NCBI GenBank assembly: GCA_951406725.2
Contig: OX597815.1
Coordinates: forward strand, 163,308,001-163,372,000
From: Octopus vulgaris
Lineage: Eukaryota
Direction: 5' to 3'
Length of the DNA stretch: 64,000 nt
Notes under the pieces: generated by a model
The model's database searches: none
What the model saw: the letters and a program-made list of their open reading frames with translations, nothing else
What the model was told of the DNA's origin: nothing
Shown: positions 40,546 through 54,140 of the stretch, in pieces
Layout of the letters: each line of letters begins with the position of its first letter
How positions within the stretch are numbered: position 1 is the first letter of the stretch
Translations under genes and position numbers: made by a program

Positions 40546-41405
40546 TCTTGATGTTATAATATTTGTTGCAGGTGTATGACGTGCCAGAGATCAGAAAGCA
40601 TAAAATGAACAGCTCTTTTTTTATTTATGTATTTGTTTATTTTGTTTCTTTAATAAAACCATAATTCATAATTATAGTGATGTTGAAATGAATGAATTCT
40701 GTAGCTGCTATAGCCTCCGAATGCAACCTAGCTATATCAAATAAGAACTTCTTATAACATTACGATGGACTGATGCATTAAATTCATTATCTCTGATTGG
40801 TTGACTTTTCTGGCAAGACTATCTGGGATCAATGAATTTTACTGAAGATAATAGCATGATACAAATTTTAGCTAAACTTTATAGTATTTCTTTGACTCTG
40901 CCTGAAGGTAATAGTACCGTATTGACTTCGGTTAATATTTCAGTTGAAATTTACCAGATATCGTTGCAAGTTATCTTCATCATGTCAACTTAACTGAAAA
41001 GATATATTGAGATATAGTTGCGTAGTTTTTGAAAACATTCTATATGAGCGGTTTCGAAGCCAAAATTAGCACGATATAAAATCTGTTCTGCATAAATAAT
41101 AATAATTTTTACTTGCTTTTTGACAAATAATTACTCTGTAATATTAATAAGGAAACACAGTTGATTACTGTAGCAGCATGATTAATTGTTAATGCTGTGA
41201 AACAAACAAGGTGACGGGAAAAAGAACTAAACAAGATCGTATCATAGCGGTTTGAGCGGATGAACAGTCAACAAACTGCCAATGGCCAAAACCAACCAGT
41301 TCAGCTAGTAAATAACTGCTATCATCTGTAGTCGTGGCGTGCGCAGGTGAGACATTCAGCAATCGAAAGACCAATGTCACTTCTTGATTCAGGCAAGTCG
41401 CTCGC

Positions 41406-41442
<37 letters not shown>

Positions 41443-41739
41443 CATTTACTATTTTACTGGCTGCTCTCAATGGAGTGATATCATGCCGATACTCAGTTTT
41501 TACGGCTCAAATAATTATATTATTTAACAAATACATATTCTATCTACCTTGCAAAGATGAAGGACAAAGTTGACCCACAAAACTTTAAAGGGATGTAACT
41601 CGATACTACAAAATATTTTCTTCAAAACTCCTCGAATTTATTATCTTTAATATTTGTTTTAAAAAAAGCGATCTCAGATAAAAATAAATACGTAAATAAA
41701 TGCAAAAAAAGTCTAAAGTACTTCAATTTCAAATAAGAC

Positions 41740-41773
<34 letters not shown>

Positions 41774-41804
41774 CACACACACATACACACACACACACAC
41801 TTAC

Positions 41805-42035
41805 TTGTACTTGTGACGGCGTCCACCCAGGGCGGGTTGAGCCGGCTTCTTCTCTGGTCCTGACGGCATCACGAACCATAGAAGAAGTTTCGCGGGAATA
41901 CTGAATTCACAAGCGGTCCCCGACATCCCTCATGCATATCCCGAGTGACGGGACGCCCTGTTTGCCGCGGAGTCTCCACAGACACAGAGACAGAACGACC
42001 TCGAAGCCGTCGGTTGCCGATCAGACGCCTCTTGG
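41805..42035 (-). other. Candidate exon of an unidentified minus-strand host gene
   Basis: Unique GC/CpG-rich island ending in a consensus donor (AA|GTAAGT, 41804-41799); frame open from ATG 41926: MSGTACEFSIPAKLLLWFVMPSGPEKKPAQPALGGRRHKY; no recognised homology. Confidence 0.45.
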
Positions 42036-42152
42036 AATTTTCACACACAGACACACACACACAAATCACGCGCACACACGCATAAAGCTACGTAGTAGAC
42101 ATAAAACTATAACAAAGTAATTATCTTTCTATGGATTGAAAATATAATGAAT

Positions 42153-42199
42153 AGCCTCATTCGATTTTCGAAACTTATTGGGTTCTCATCAGAGATGTC
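42153..42199 (-). ncRNA. Degenerate hammerhead-like motif
   Basis: Minus strand ct-CTGATGA-gaac-ccaataa-gtttc-GAAA-atcgaat-gagg; helix III and cleavage site are decayed. Confidence 0.4.
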
Positions 42200-42202
42200 T
42201 AC

Positions 42203-42358
42203 AGGTGTGGCTGTGTGATGTAAGAAACTTGCTTCCCAACCACATGGTTCCGAGTTCAGTCCCACTGCGTGGCGCTTGGTCAAGTGCCTTCTTCTAGAGC
42301 CTCGGGCTGACGAAAGCCTTGTGAGTGGATTAGGTAGACGGAAAGTGAAAGGCGCCCG

Positions 42359-42360
<2 letters not shown>
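42203..42360 (+). mobile_element. SINE B 5' half
   Basis: Family B head followed by (TA)n. Confidence 0.85.
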
Positions 42361-42408
<48 letters not shown>

Positions 42409-42566
42409 CAAGTATAGGCATCCGGTGTTGCCCGGGAATGAAATTGCTCCTTATATATTGGAAGAAAATAGCAAAATATGGTGTATAGAAATTTGTTATT
42501 CTAAATTCAATTTATTCTTCAATTGGGAAATCATTTCTGAATTCATAACACAAAAACAAAAAATAA

Positions 42567-42600
<34 letters not shown>

Positions 42601-45600
42601 GTAAAAGAAAATACAAAATTTACTATTTTTATGAAGGGAGATAAATTCTATCACATGTTGAAGGAAATTACGTAAGAGCCTTTGGGTAAACAGCATATTT
42701 TGTTTTCTGGATTGGAGCATAGACAAATATTTCATGAAAACTACCAGCCCTGGAGCAACCAACATAAAGTTAACCACGAGAAAAGTAAGGCTCAATTAAG
42801 TGCGAGCCAGTAGATTTATTAATAGACATTGCGAAGCAAGGTCGCACTAAGAATTGTGTTCGTTTGAACTCAAATGGCATGTCTGTTGTTTTGATTGGAA
42901 TTCATGAAATGAAAACCTTTTCCCCAGTAGCACATCCAGTGATAAAGGTAGCTTCTATCACATTAGGTGATAATGTCTTTACAGTCAGCCTTGTTCCATT
43001 GCATAATTTAGGAAGATCTAAATTTATTATAAGCATTATTAGGACTTCTACTTTCAGAAAAAGTTTATGTTGAGGAGTTTCAGGTGGCTCAAGAGAATTA
43101 AGGAACTCTGTTATGTAAAGGACAGCTTGATTTCATCAAGGACTGAATCAACTGATTTGTACTCCTAAATTACTGTTGGAATCTTATTCATTAATTCATG
43201 GTTAATCATTACTACTGCTTCATTGTTTTGAGTAAAAATTGCCCTTTCACACAACCATTTATGTGAATTATAATTATTACATAAGTATGGAAATACCCTG
43301 TTCTTCAATTCAGCTGGGGAATTCCCCATGGTAGCAATATGAGCCAAACTGATATCACCATTCCTATCAAATGGTGCTTCCCCATTCCCTAATTGGAGGA
43401 GCAAGATTGAAAATTGTTCTGTACATTGGTCCCCATGTAATAAACCTCGCACGTTAGTATTGAAGGAGAATTTCAGTACTTTATTCCATACGTGTGAAGA
43501 CTTAATGAATACTTTTATTTAATCAGATCTTGTTCGTCTCGGAATGACTGGTAATGTCTGTCTGAAGTCTCCTGATAATACTAATGTAATCCCTCCCATT
43601 GAATTATTGTTGCCTCTGATGTCCTGTAAGGTCTTATCAAGAGCTTCCATTGCACCTCTATGTGACATGGTGCATTCATCCCAAACGATCAGGTGGCATT
43701 GGCACTACACTTCTAATGAACCTGAATCTTTGCTTTTGTTACAAATTGGACTATCATGTGTGACCAGGTTTAGCGGTCATTTAAAAGCAGAATGAGCTGT
43801 TCGTTCTCCTGAGAGAATGGTGGTAGCAATGCCAGACTATGCTACAGCAACTGCAATTCTTTTTTGTTGCCTTACCTTGAAGAGAAGCAATGTTGTTATA
43901 AATATTTTACCTGTGCCACCAAGAGCACCAAGAAAGAAAATTCCTCCGCTTTTTTTCTCTGACTGACGAAATAATTTTATCATATGCACAACGTTGTTCT
44001 GGAAGAAGTTTAGGTTCATGTTCATTCACAAATGCAGCCAACTCTGTGATGTCATAATTTGTCTCCCTTGCTATGTCTCTTGAAGTTAAATCACTAACTT
44101 GACAGTTTGTTTTTGGTAGTCCAGATCCAGAATCTTGCAAATTTTTGCCTCCCATGGTTAAAACTTAACCTTCAGTGCTTAGTTAAAAATTGTTTCAGAG
44201 AACTGTATAGTGATATCTGGGTTTGACTGTTGTACTGCATACTTTAAGTCATCAGCCATGTCCTCACGATGTTTCATCCAAAATTGTAGAGGACCGCCAA
44301 CTTGATACATGTTCAGTACAATTGCAAAAAGTTTGCGGAGTTTCCTCGGAGAATCTAATACTGATGCAAGATCCCAATGCTCATCATTTGCTAAGAAACC
44401 TTACTGAAGGCTTGCCTTTCTATAAGTTTCACACGCATGACCATTTACCCTCCTCAAATCTTGGAATGATTTGGGACCACGTACTTCATGCAAAAGGAGC
44501 CGTAAGTATAAGGTTGTTTCGAAAATAATGGCTGCTCTAAGTGTTGTGTTTTGAAACGCAATTTTATCATAGTATTTTAATTATATTTTCGGTGAATTTC
44601 AACATACTTAATAATTGATGTATGCTCTTTAATAATTATTTCAGACAGAAAACATTCTTGAAGAATGGGCGCCCTTAATTATGAACATGACAAAAAAGGA
44701 CCTTCGCTTACTTTTCTTGTATGAGTTCAAGCTTGGGCCAATGTCAACAGAGTATGGGGAGATGGGTCCACAAGTGATCACACAGTACGAAGGTGGTTTC
44801 AGAAATTCTGTAGTGATGATGTGAGCCTTAAAGATGAAGAAGGCAGAGGATGGTAATGCAGTCTTGACAATGAACAATTGAAAGCAATTGTTGAACAAAA
44901 CCCGCGTCAAAATGTCAGAGAAATGTCTCAAGCATTTGGTGTCTGTATTGCAATGGTCTCACACAATCTGCAGAAGATTGGTAAGGTGAAAAAGCTCTAT
45001 AAATGGGTACCGTATGAGTTCAATGAAAATCAAAAACTTCAGATTTTTGAAGAGTGCTCTATCTCTTGACCGAATAGTCACTTGTGACGAAAAGTGGATC
45101 CTTTATGATAACCGTAAACGATCAGGTCAATGGCTTGATTGTGATGAATCCTCCAAATATTTCCCAAAGCCAAAGTTGCATCAGCAAAAGATTATGGTGA
45201 CTGTCTGGCGGTCTGCAATTGGTGTTGTCCATTACAGCTTTCTGGAAGCCAATCAGAGCATTACAGCAGAGGTTTACTGCAATCAACTCGCTGAAACGCA
45301 TGGTCACTTGCAAAAGATGATACCTGCATTGGTGAATCAGCGTGGCCCAATTCTGCTCCACGAAAATGCAATGCCATATGTTGCAAGAATGATGCTGCAG
45401 AAACCCACAGACTTAGAATACGAGACTTTACTACATCCTCCAAATTCTCCTGATCGTTCACCCAATGACTACCATTTATTAAAGAATTTAAACACGTTTT
45501 TAAGTGATAAAACTTTCATGTCCAAACCAGAGGTGGAATCAGCTTTCAAAGATTTCGTAGCATCAAAGCCAATACGTTTTTATGAACGAGGCATAAATAA

Positions 45601-46200
45601 TCTCGTTGATCGATGGCAGTGATGCATAAATGTTCACGACTCATACTCAACATTTCTATTGTTAATTTTTGCAGAATAAAATTATGTTTCTGGAATCGGC
45701 CATTATTTTCGGAACAACCTAATAGTAGCATTCTGCTTGTCTTGGGTGTAAATTCTTGGAAGAACGTCAGCCCCACGTTTCCTCTTGTGCCATTTATTGT
45801 TACTTGGGTAATTGTGGGTAAAGGAGTTTTCTTGCATCTTCATCTACTAGACACAACTTAAACAAAGCAGTTAGAGTAGCTTCTTTTGGAGAAAGTGCTT
45901 GTTGCAAGGTTGTTCGTTTTGTAGAGATAACCCTGTGACTATTCTCTAGATAGACACTCAGGTGAATGATGGCTGGGTGCCTCTCATGAATGAGAAAATT
46001 GAAGATGCGCTAAAAAGCCTCAATGGCATTGATGTATCTTCCTCTGTCGTACTACGCAACTCCGTCATTTTTATTTATCTACTGACTGCATTCTGCATAA
46101 GAGTGTATGTTGCAATATCTAGACTTTTGTTTATATATTTGCAAGCATACTTAATAGAATCAACAGAGTTGCAGAAGTCAACATTGACTCTGGCTACCTG
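42409..46200 (-). mobile_element. Decayed Helitron (Rep and PIF1 helicase), interrupted by a mariner
   Basis: Rep motif VNVDFCNSVDSIKYACKYINK; IHERHP..HLSVYLEN; ECYYLRLLLHEVRGPKSF; Walker A region GGTGK; IVWDECTM; [11 protein letters not shown]; WLCERAI; LCNGTRL; CFAMSINKS; 3' hairpin ccgggcaacaccgg followed by CTTG (CTAG-like) at 42409-42412; many stops and frameshifts. Confidence 0.93.
44509..45722 (+). mobile_element. Near-full-length mariner transposon, inactivated transposase
   Basis: TIRs taaggttgtttcgaaaataatggctg and cggccattattttcggaacaacctaa; TA TSD at 44507-44508 and 45723-45724; motifs KWVPYE, RIVTCDEKWILYDN, LHENA and HPPNSPDRSPNDYHL; deletion and frameshifts. Confidence 0.95.
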
Positions 46201-46610
46201 TCCTCGTCTTTGCTTCATTTTTGAATACTGATCATCTACATCTTCGGAAACTGATTTGAAAATCAAAATGGGGATTAAATGAAAAAATGATTTACGTGAA
46301 TACCATCGCAAGAGTGACTGAAATAAATGGCGATTGTGGAACGCCGCACGCACGAACGCGTGCTCACACCCTTAAAGACGGTGTCCCCAGCATGGCTGCA
46401 GCCCATTGATATAAAACAGATGAAAGATAAAAGATAAAGAAGAAGACAGAAAGAGTGGTAGGCTCCCTTCTTTATAGTAACAGGACTCACAATTATCGAA
46501 TACGAAAACAGCTTAAAATATATTCTCGAGATTTTATTTTTCAACCAAACTCACACACAGAACCAAACTCGTTCCCCCAAATTTATTTAGTGAAGTCGCT
46601 TGCATACAGG

Positions 46611-46687
<77 letters not shown>

Positions 46688-47182
46688 TCAAGAATATGCA
46701 TATATCTTCGTCTACTGCGTTAAATTTCTCTATATAATCTGACTCAGCGATACTAGCTAACCGCAGGTTATATTAACAATAATTATAGATTTTATAACTT
46801 CTAAAATTGTTACAAAGATTCGTATTTCGTCTTGGTAAGTTCAGAAGATTCTGACCGTTAGCAACTGCATCAACATTAGCTGTCTGACTTAGATAAATAT
46901 AGATTTCTACAGCATTGGCACAAGGCCACACAGTTCGTGGCAGGTAAGTATTGGATTCAATTTGATCCAGTGTTTGAACAATACTTATCATATCGACTTC
47001 AGATGAATGAAAGGGCTAAATCGATCAACTGTTGCAGGATTGCAACTTGGGAGAGTTAAAGCAGATATAACAAAATATGGTATCTTTTAGATTTTATCTC
47101 TTATACGTGTTTCTGTCTTTGGACTGCGGCTATGCTGGAGCAGCGCTTGGAGGGTTTTAACCAAAAATATCGACTCCAGTAG

Positions 47183-47630
47183 TGAGAGCGCGTGGCTTAG
47201 TGGTTAGGGTGTTGGATTATTGGTTTCGATTCCTGGATCGAGCGATATGTTGCGTTCTTGTGCAAAACTCTTCATTTCACGTTGCTCCAGTCCACCTAGC
47301 TGACAAAATTGAATAATCCTGTAATGGACCGGCGTACCGACCAATTGAGGAATAGATACGTCATTGAAACCAGGAAACCGGCCCTTATGAGTCGGTATGA
47401 TTTGAGGTGACTTTACTTTTATCGACCTTAGTACTTCTTTTACCTTTTTTAAATGTCTCAGTCATTTGACTGTGGCCATGCTGGAGCACCGCCTTTAGTC
47501 GAACAAATCGACGCCAGTACAAGACCAGTACTTATTCTATCGCTCCCTTTTGCCGAACCGCAAAGTTACGGGGTCGTAAACACACCAACATCGGTTGTCA
47601 AGCGATGGTGGGGGACAAACACAGACACAC
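47183..47630. mobile_element. SINE D-like copy (+, 47183-47410) and SINE B 3' half (-, 47450-47630)
   Basis: Similarity to other copies in this window. Confidence 0.75.
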
Positions 47631-48405
47631 AAATACATACATACATACATACATATATATGTGTATGTATATATATATATATATATATAGCAGGTATAGG
47701 CACATTAGGTACTTGTCAGGGACCTTACGGTTCTAGGAGGCTAATTCTGATCTATGTGTCGTGCCTTGTCGTCAGTAAATATATACTATAGAGTCTAGTG
47801 CTATAATTTTCCCAAGGACTTACAGTTCTGTTAAGACGGACCTCGATGTAAGGTATTATTGTCACCACTGTGGGAACAAATATAAGATATAGAATGAGAG
47901 AGAAAGAAAGAGAGGGTAGGAAAACGAGACATAGAGAGCGAGACGGAGCAGGAAGACGAAACAGAGAGAGGGAGTGAATGAGAGAGAAATAGAGAAAGAA
48001 AAAACTAACAAGGCTAGGTTTTCTTATTTAAGAAAATTATATGCAGTGCCAAAGTAACGGAGGAGTTTCTCAGAAAGTATTCGACGTTGTAGAAAACTAC
48101 ATCTTGCATTCAAAGCGAATGCACTCTGAATATTTTAAGAAATTTCTTTTTTCATTTTCAGTTTATTTTATCGGATTTTTCTTGTTTTTATTTTCATTTC
48201 TTTGTTATTTCCTTATAAAGTAGATAGAATAGTTCGTATTATTCTATGGAAACATTCGCGAGAATTAAGCGAATTAATGAGAAAGAGAAAAATAACGACA
48301 ATGAAAAGAAATCTTCATATCAATTTAAAATGAATTCTTGCAATCTTGCTTTATTTCAACGCTTTTAAATCCAACGCGATTTTACTTACGTTGATGCTAA
48401 GCTTT

Positions 48406-48447
<42 letters not shown>

Positions 48448-48543
48448 ATAGTAGTAGTAGTAGTAGTAGCAGCAGTAGCAGCAGCAGCAGCAATAATAGC
48501 AACAATGACGACAGAAGTAGTAGTGGCGATAGTAATAGTAGTG

Positions 48544-48583
<40 letters not shown>

Positions 48584-48773
48584 ATGTCATTTTATCAAAT
48601 GCATTCTGAAGGTGGCCATCCAGTTATAAGCATACTTAAAACTATCATTATACTTTATTTTGTTAAGACTGTAGGATGCTCTTTAGTGTAACTTGGTTGC
48701 TATTTCAGCCAAGATGCTATTACTATTACTTTAAGCCAAGTTCCTATTTCTAACATGCTGAATGCCCACGTAG

Positions 48774-48831
<58 letters not shown>

Positions 48832-48897
48832 TGGTTTCCATGTTGTAATAGCAACGTTTTGAAATTCCACGAGATTTTACGTTAAATGTAATGCGAA

Positions 48898-48936
<39 letters not shown>

Positions 48937-48950
48937 CATTATTATTATTA

Positions 48951-49010
<60 letters not shown>
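48406..49010. repeat. (GTA)n, (CT)n and (TTA)n microsatellites
   Basis: Direct observation. Confidence 0.95.
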
Positions 49011-49011
<1 letters not shown>

Positions 49012-49306
49012 ATGATCAGATGCTTTCCAAATGAGACCATTCCACACTTCTAAGGATTACATAAAATTGTCATTATCTCCATATATCCTTTCATTTTTTT
49101 TTTCTTTTTAAGTCTATAGGATGTCATTAAGTGCAATTTGGTTTCCGTGCTGCAACATCTCGCTTTCTGGAATCAGTTAATCTTACTCTTTTTTTTTTTC
49201 TCTTTTGTTACCATATTCCTGCTGCAATACACTGCCTTTCATTCAACTAATTTTATAAATAATGAAAAATTTATTAGAGTAACTGTTATTATTAGTCTGG
49301 TATTAA

Positions 49307-49592
49307 AGGCGGCGAGCTGGCAGAAACGTTAGCACGCCGGGCGAAATGCGTAGCCGCATTTTGTCTGCCGTTACGTTCTGAGTTCAAATTCCGCCGAGGT
49401 CGAATTTGCCTTTCATCCTTTCGGGGTCGATTAAATAAGTACCAGTTACGCACTGGGGTCGATATAATCGACTTAATCCGTATGTCTGTCCTTATTTGTT
49501 CTCTCTGTGTTTAGCCCTTGTGGGTAGTAAAGAAATAGGTATTTCGTCTGCCGCTACGTTCTGAGTTCAAATTCAGTAAAGAAATAGGTATT
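49307..49592 (+). mobile_element. SINE family A, near-consensus copy with partial second unit
   Basis: ggcggcgagctggcagaaacgttagcacgccgggcgaaatgc head; tail gtaaagaaataggtattt runs into a second unit. Confidence 0.92.
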
Positions 49593-49597
49593 TGGCA

Positions 49598-49792
49598 TGA
49601 AACTCACGAGTGAAGGGAGCTCGGTGACAGAAAGCATTGTCGTGCCGTCGCGAATAATCCAATTCTTCGCGCTCCACAGATCCGGTCGCTTTCGCCGAAT
49701 ATCCTTCTTCAAACGCTTCTAACGATCCTCATGCACAAGCTGAGGAATTTTCACCACATTCCCGGAGGTGAGGCTCGTGGCAGGTCTTCCGT
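49598..49792 (-). mobile_element. Mariner fragment related to 12517-13401
   Basis: Shares gaaactcacgagtga...gctccacagatccggtcgctttcgcc with 12841-12935. Confidence 0.75.
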
Positions 49793-50389
49793 CGAATCGC
49801 CACAATCAAACGCTCAATGTTGGGGATTCCTTACTACGTCTGGTGGTCGATGCCTTCGCGCCAATCAGGCGACAATCCTCCGATTCAAGAGGTATACCCA
49901 TGAGTAGTCGTTGCTGGTGAGGGTTTTACGATGCGTAGAGGAAACGTTAGGTCAATTCTTTGGCATGCTGGTCCCCACACAGCACTAGAGGTACAGGAAA
50001 TGAAGTGCTTTGCTCCATAACACAACACATCTCACTCGTTCCAGGAATCGAACCCACGATCCAGCGAGCACAACACCTTAACCATTTGACCACGCACCTT
50101 CACACCGTATACGGACACAAACACACATATGCGCGCACACACAAATGTACAACAGAGGCATCCATATTCGTACAGGATGATATAACACTGAAAAATCTAA
50201 TGTTAATTTCAGGATAGCATCGAAGCACAATTTATTGATGTGAAGGTGCGAGCGAATTACCGACGCTTCTTTGAACAGATATATAAGTACTTTTAAGTCA
50301 TTTTATTTTCAATACCTATCTAGTACAGAAGCAGCTATCTCACTACCAGCCTATCTAGTTATCCATCTCACTCTTTGCTCTCTCTCCCC

Positions 50390-50481
<92 letters not shown>

Positions 50482-50511
50482 GTCTATTGATCGATCTATT
50501 GGGACATATAG

Positions 50512-50573
<62 letters not shown>

Positions 50574-50753
50574 ACGCGCGCGCACGCATACACACATTAA
50601 ATGGAAGAACGCTTTGAAATAGATAAGCCCACACAGCACCGATTTTTAAAAAACTAATTCTATACTTAATGCGAAAATCATTCGTGCTAAAATGATTTCT
50701 ATCTATCTATCTATCTAATCTTTCTACCTTCCTACTCACCTACCGAGTTATTC

Positions 50754-50853
<100 letters not shown>

Positions 50854-51199
50854 GTCTTTCATGTTAGAATCGATCAACTTGCACTGAGACACACACATTT
50901 CACATTTAAATATCATGAAAATAATTTTAGGTATAACCTTTCCGTTTGAATAGTCAACCTTACTAAAACTGACATTGATATCATACGCAAACACATTCTA
51001 TGCCTACGCATGAAACAAATTGTATTATACTACTGTGTAATAACATCTAAATTACATACAGTGATTCACGACTACAACACGTAAAACAACTGCAACTTTT
51101 TATACTTTAATATTAAAGATTGCTACCAATACATTCTTGAACTATACCGAAGACATAATAATGAAGATACATAAATTGATAACATCTTTCGTGCATGAG

Positions 51200-51400
51200 A
51201 ATTCCTAATCCACGACGGCGAAGCCATTTGGATGAAAAACACTCTATACTAATGTATAGGAGCTAGAGTCTATGGACTTACGACAAAAATGGTTGATCGT
51301 TAGTAAGGAAAGACACACAAATAAGAAAGAAGAAAGCAAAGGACCACTGATGAGGTCACAGAAGTGTGACGAAAGAACTCTGGCCGAAATACTCTAGCCG
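51200..51400 (+). mobile_element. PLE 3' end relic: GIY-YIG tail followed by a hammerhead motif (51341-51400)
   Basis: EAIWMKNTLY resembles the PLE E.FWI..L.TL.P.GLN terminus; then ggacca-CTGATGA-g-gtcaca-gaag-tgtgac-GAAA-gaactc-tggcc. Confidence 0.7.
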
Positions 51401-51671
51401 ATTAATGTAGAAACAAAATAAAGTTGAAGTAAATTAACACCAAATATATAGTGCGTGTGTTTTTATTGGCTAATCTGGCAACATGACCATCCCTAGATAC
51501 AACAATAAGTCTATGGACTGTTGGAATTATACCCCCCACCCACGAAATCTTTTAGTTTTTGCCCGCTCTTCTGGAACAGATGTGGAATACAAAAGGGGAA
51601 ACTGTTCCCGTGGTAACAGGTATACTCGGTACAATGAGCAGAGAATACTAAGAAACTGAAAGGTATTTACA

Positions 51672-51900
51672 TTCTTTTCTACTCTAGGCACAAGGCCCGA
51701 AATTTTGGGGGAGGGTCCCACTCGATTATATCGACCCCAGTACGCAACTGGTACTTAATTTATTGACCTCGAAAGGATGAAAGGCAAAGTCGACCTCAGC
51801 GGAATTTGAATTCAGAACGTAAAGACAGACGAAATGCCATTAAGCATTTCGCCCGGCGTGCTAACGTTTCTAATTTCTTTACTGCCCACAATGGGCTACC
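51672..51900 (-). mobile_element. SINE family A copy
   Basis: Reverse complement of family A. Confidence 0.88.
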
Positions 51901-52141
51901 TACCTACTTACCTACCTACCTACCTACCTACCTACCTACCTACCTACCTACCTACCTACCTACATACCTACCCACATACCTACCTACCTACCTACATACA
52001 TACATACATACCGACCTACCTACATAGATACCTATCCACCTACCCATCCATCTATCTATCCAACCACCCACCTATTTATCTGTAAGTCTGTCTGTCCATC
52101 CGTTTGTCTGTCGGTCTGTCGGTCTATCTATCCTCTCTATC

Positions 52142-52206
<65 letters not shown>

Positions 52207-52222
52207 GATCTATCTATCTACA

Positions 52223-52960
52223 CCAAAGTTGCTCAACCCATTTTAGCCAAATGCCCTTTTTGACCCTTGGAGTCACAAATGGCCCCCTAGAAAATATTCT
52301 TATTTTTCAATATACTACTTTTCTTGATATCAGCTGATAATGATTAAAAATAAAGGACGTCGTTTGATATATGCACTTGTACGCAGTCGGGAGTACAGAT
52401 GTACAAATTGAAATGCAAAAAAAACAAACAAACAAAAAAAACGAAATAATAAATCGAAAGTTTGGTAATTGCGTTTATTTCCACCACGCGACACTTATGA
52501 GATCAACGCGTTGTCTTTCGAACGAGTACTCTTTGGTACAAGTATATGCCGATGAAATCATTTCAAACATTTCCGATTTCCCTTAACAAAACAGCTAGAA
52601 CTTGTGCAACAATCTGACATATAAGTTATTGTCACCCGAGAAGAGGATTTTTATGATCAAGAAAGAGAGTGTATTTGATAGAAATTGTTAAAATACATAT
52701 GTACTTCATATGAATAGCAAATTGTGGAGGATGGTATCAACTGTACTTGGATCTAGTTAGTTTGAGTCGCAAAATAAGCTCCTCTTTTAAAATGACGGAA
52801 AATAATCTGAAAATTTGTCACATTAAACATTCATTTCTTATTCAGGATCTAATTTGTTTCATTCACAAAATCTGCATTTTTCAAAAGGAAGTAAAAAATC
52901 TTAAAATTGGTTATCTTTATGCAGTTTTCCACGCTTATTCCTATGAAACCATGAACCTCT
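52223..52960 (-). mobile_element. Possible hAT (Charlie-like) transposase C-terminal relic
   Basis: TYMSDCC...NRKCL resembles the hAT dimerisation motif TYLCE..FS...RNRL; terminus caaagttgctcaacc resembles the TIR at 26908. Confidence 0.35.
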
Positions 52961-53499
52961 AGAGAAAAAAATTAACACACACAATCTTTTTTTTATTCGT
53001 GGTTTTAAAATATGGACAGTCCGAATCTACCATTTATTTCTCTTCATAATTTCCAAATAATTTTTTAAATACTTCAAAATCAAAATTGCGTAAATATGTG
53101 TGCCAGAAACAGTAGTTAAAAATTAAGGAAATAGATTTTTGGGAGATCTCTCCATTATTCTAATATCTTCTGAAACTTATACATATACATGTATAAAGGC
53201 ATACAGAAACATACAAATATATACAAACACACATACATTTTTACAGAGCTAGTTTTGTATACATCCTTGTATACATGTAAATATTTCGGTACAGCTAAAC
53301 AATTGTGCCCCAAAGACTTGCTTCTTCATAACCTTGAGAAAATTAAATATTTCTTTTCTACAAATATACTTCAGATCATGTAGATTCCGATTAAATTGGA
53401 ATTCGTTGTGAAAACCGTTTGTCCTTAAAGGAGTTTTAGAAAATTCACACCATTCTTCATCCTTTCTGCTTTTCTCTCCCATCCTTCTCTATTCTTCTC

Positions 53500-54140
53500 C
53501 TCTCCCTTTCACCGTTCCCTCTCTCACTCCTCCCCCTCCCTCTCGTCGCTGACACGTGACCAGAGGGTAACTTTCTTTCTGACTACTACCTTCGACAAGT
53601 CTACACGGCTTATCCTGTCATCGTAAGCCGTTTTCTCAATGCGTTCAAAATAATTTTTCCATCGCCTCGGCTTAACAGCCCTTATCGTTTGTTTTTACCG
53701 TGTTATTCTCCTTGACCTGTCTTTTACTGTTTTTATTTGTATTGTTTGACTGTCTTGTTCTTGTTACCACTTTTACCCCTCCGCAAAATATCCCAAATTT
53801 TATTTAACTTGCTTTGCGGAAGGACTGTTTCAACGAAGTCGTGTCTTGCCCATACCTTCGAAACACGGAGTAGTCGAAACAGGGGCAACTGAAGAAGGGG
53901 AATATTCCTTGTGTTGTATGTCTTGTACTCTGTTTTTTCGTTGTTTGAAAAAAGTCCGTTTCCATGGTTTTGTTTTTATGTTTTCATTTCTCATTGTGTT
54001 CTACGTTTTTTTGGTGTCCTGTACCCATATATGCATGTATATATACATATAGATGTAGGTATGTACATATATGTATGTATATATGCATATGTTTTATTTA
54101 TTATTTTGTTATTATATATATATATATACGTGGGTATGTA
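53500..54140 (+). mobile_element. Unclassified interspersed repeat
   Basis: 53965-54010 recurs in reverse complement at 63945-64000; upstream YFGTAKQLCPKDLLLHNLEKIKYFFSTN weakly resembles a PLE RT thumb. Confidence 0.45.

Noticed and set aside
42800-44160. Host PIF1 helicase gene
   Set aside because: Linked to Helitron Rep motifs and a Helitron 3' terminus, intronless and full of stops
45014-45622. SETMAR-like host gene
   Set aside because: No SET domain; bounded by TIRs and a TA TSD; catalytic motifs are mutated, so it is a dead mariner
53845-53910. Permuted (type II) hammerhead cttcGAAAc...gtc...CTGAAGAagg
   Set aside because: No helix I can be formed between the GTC site and CTGAAGA
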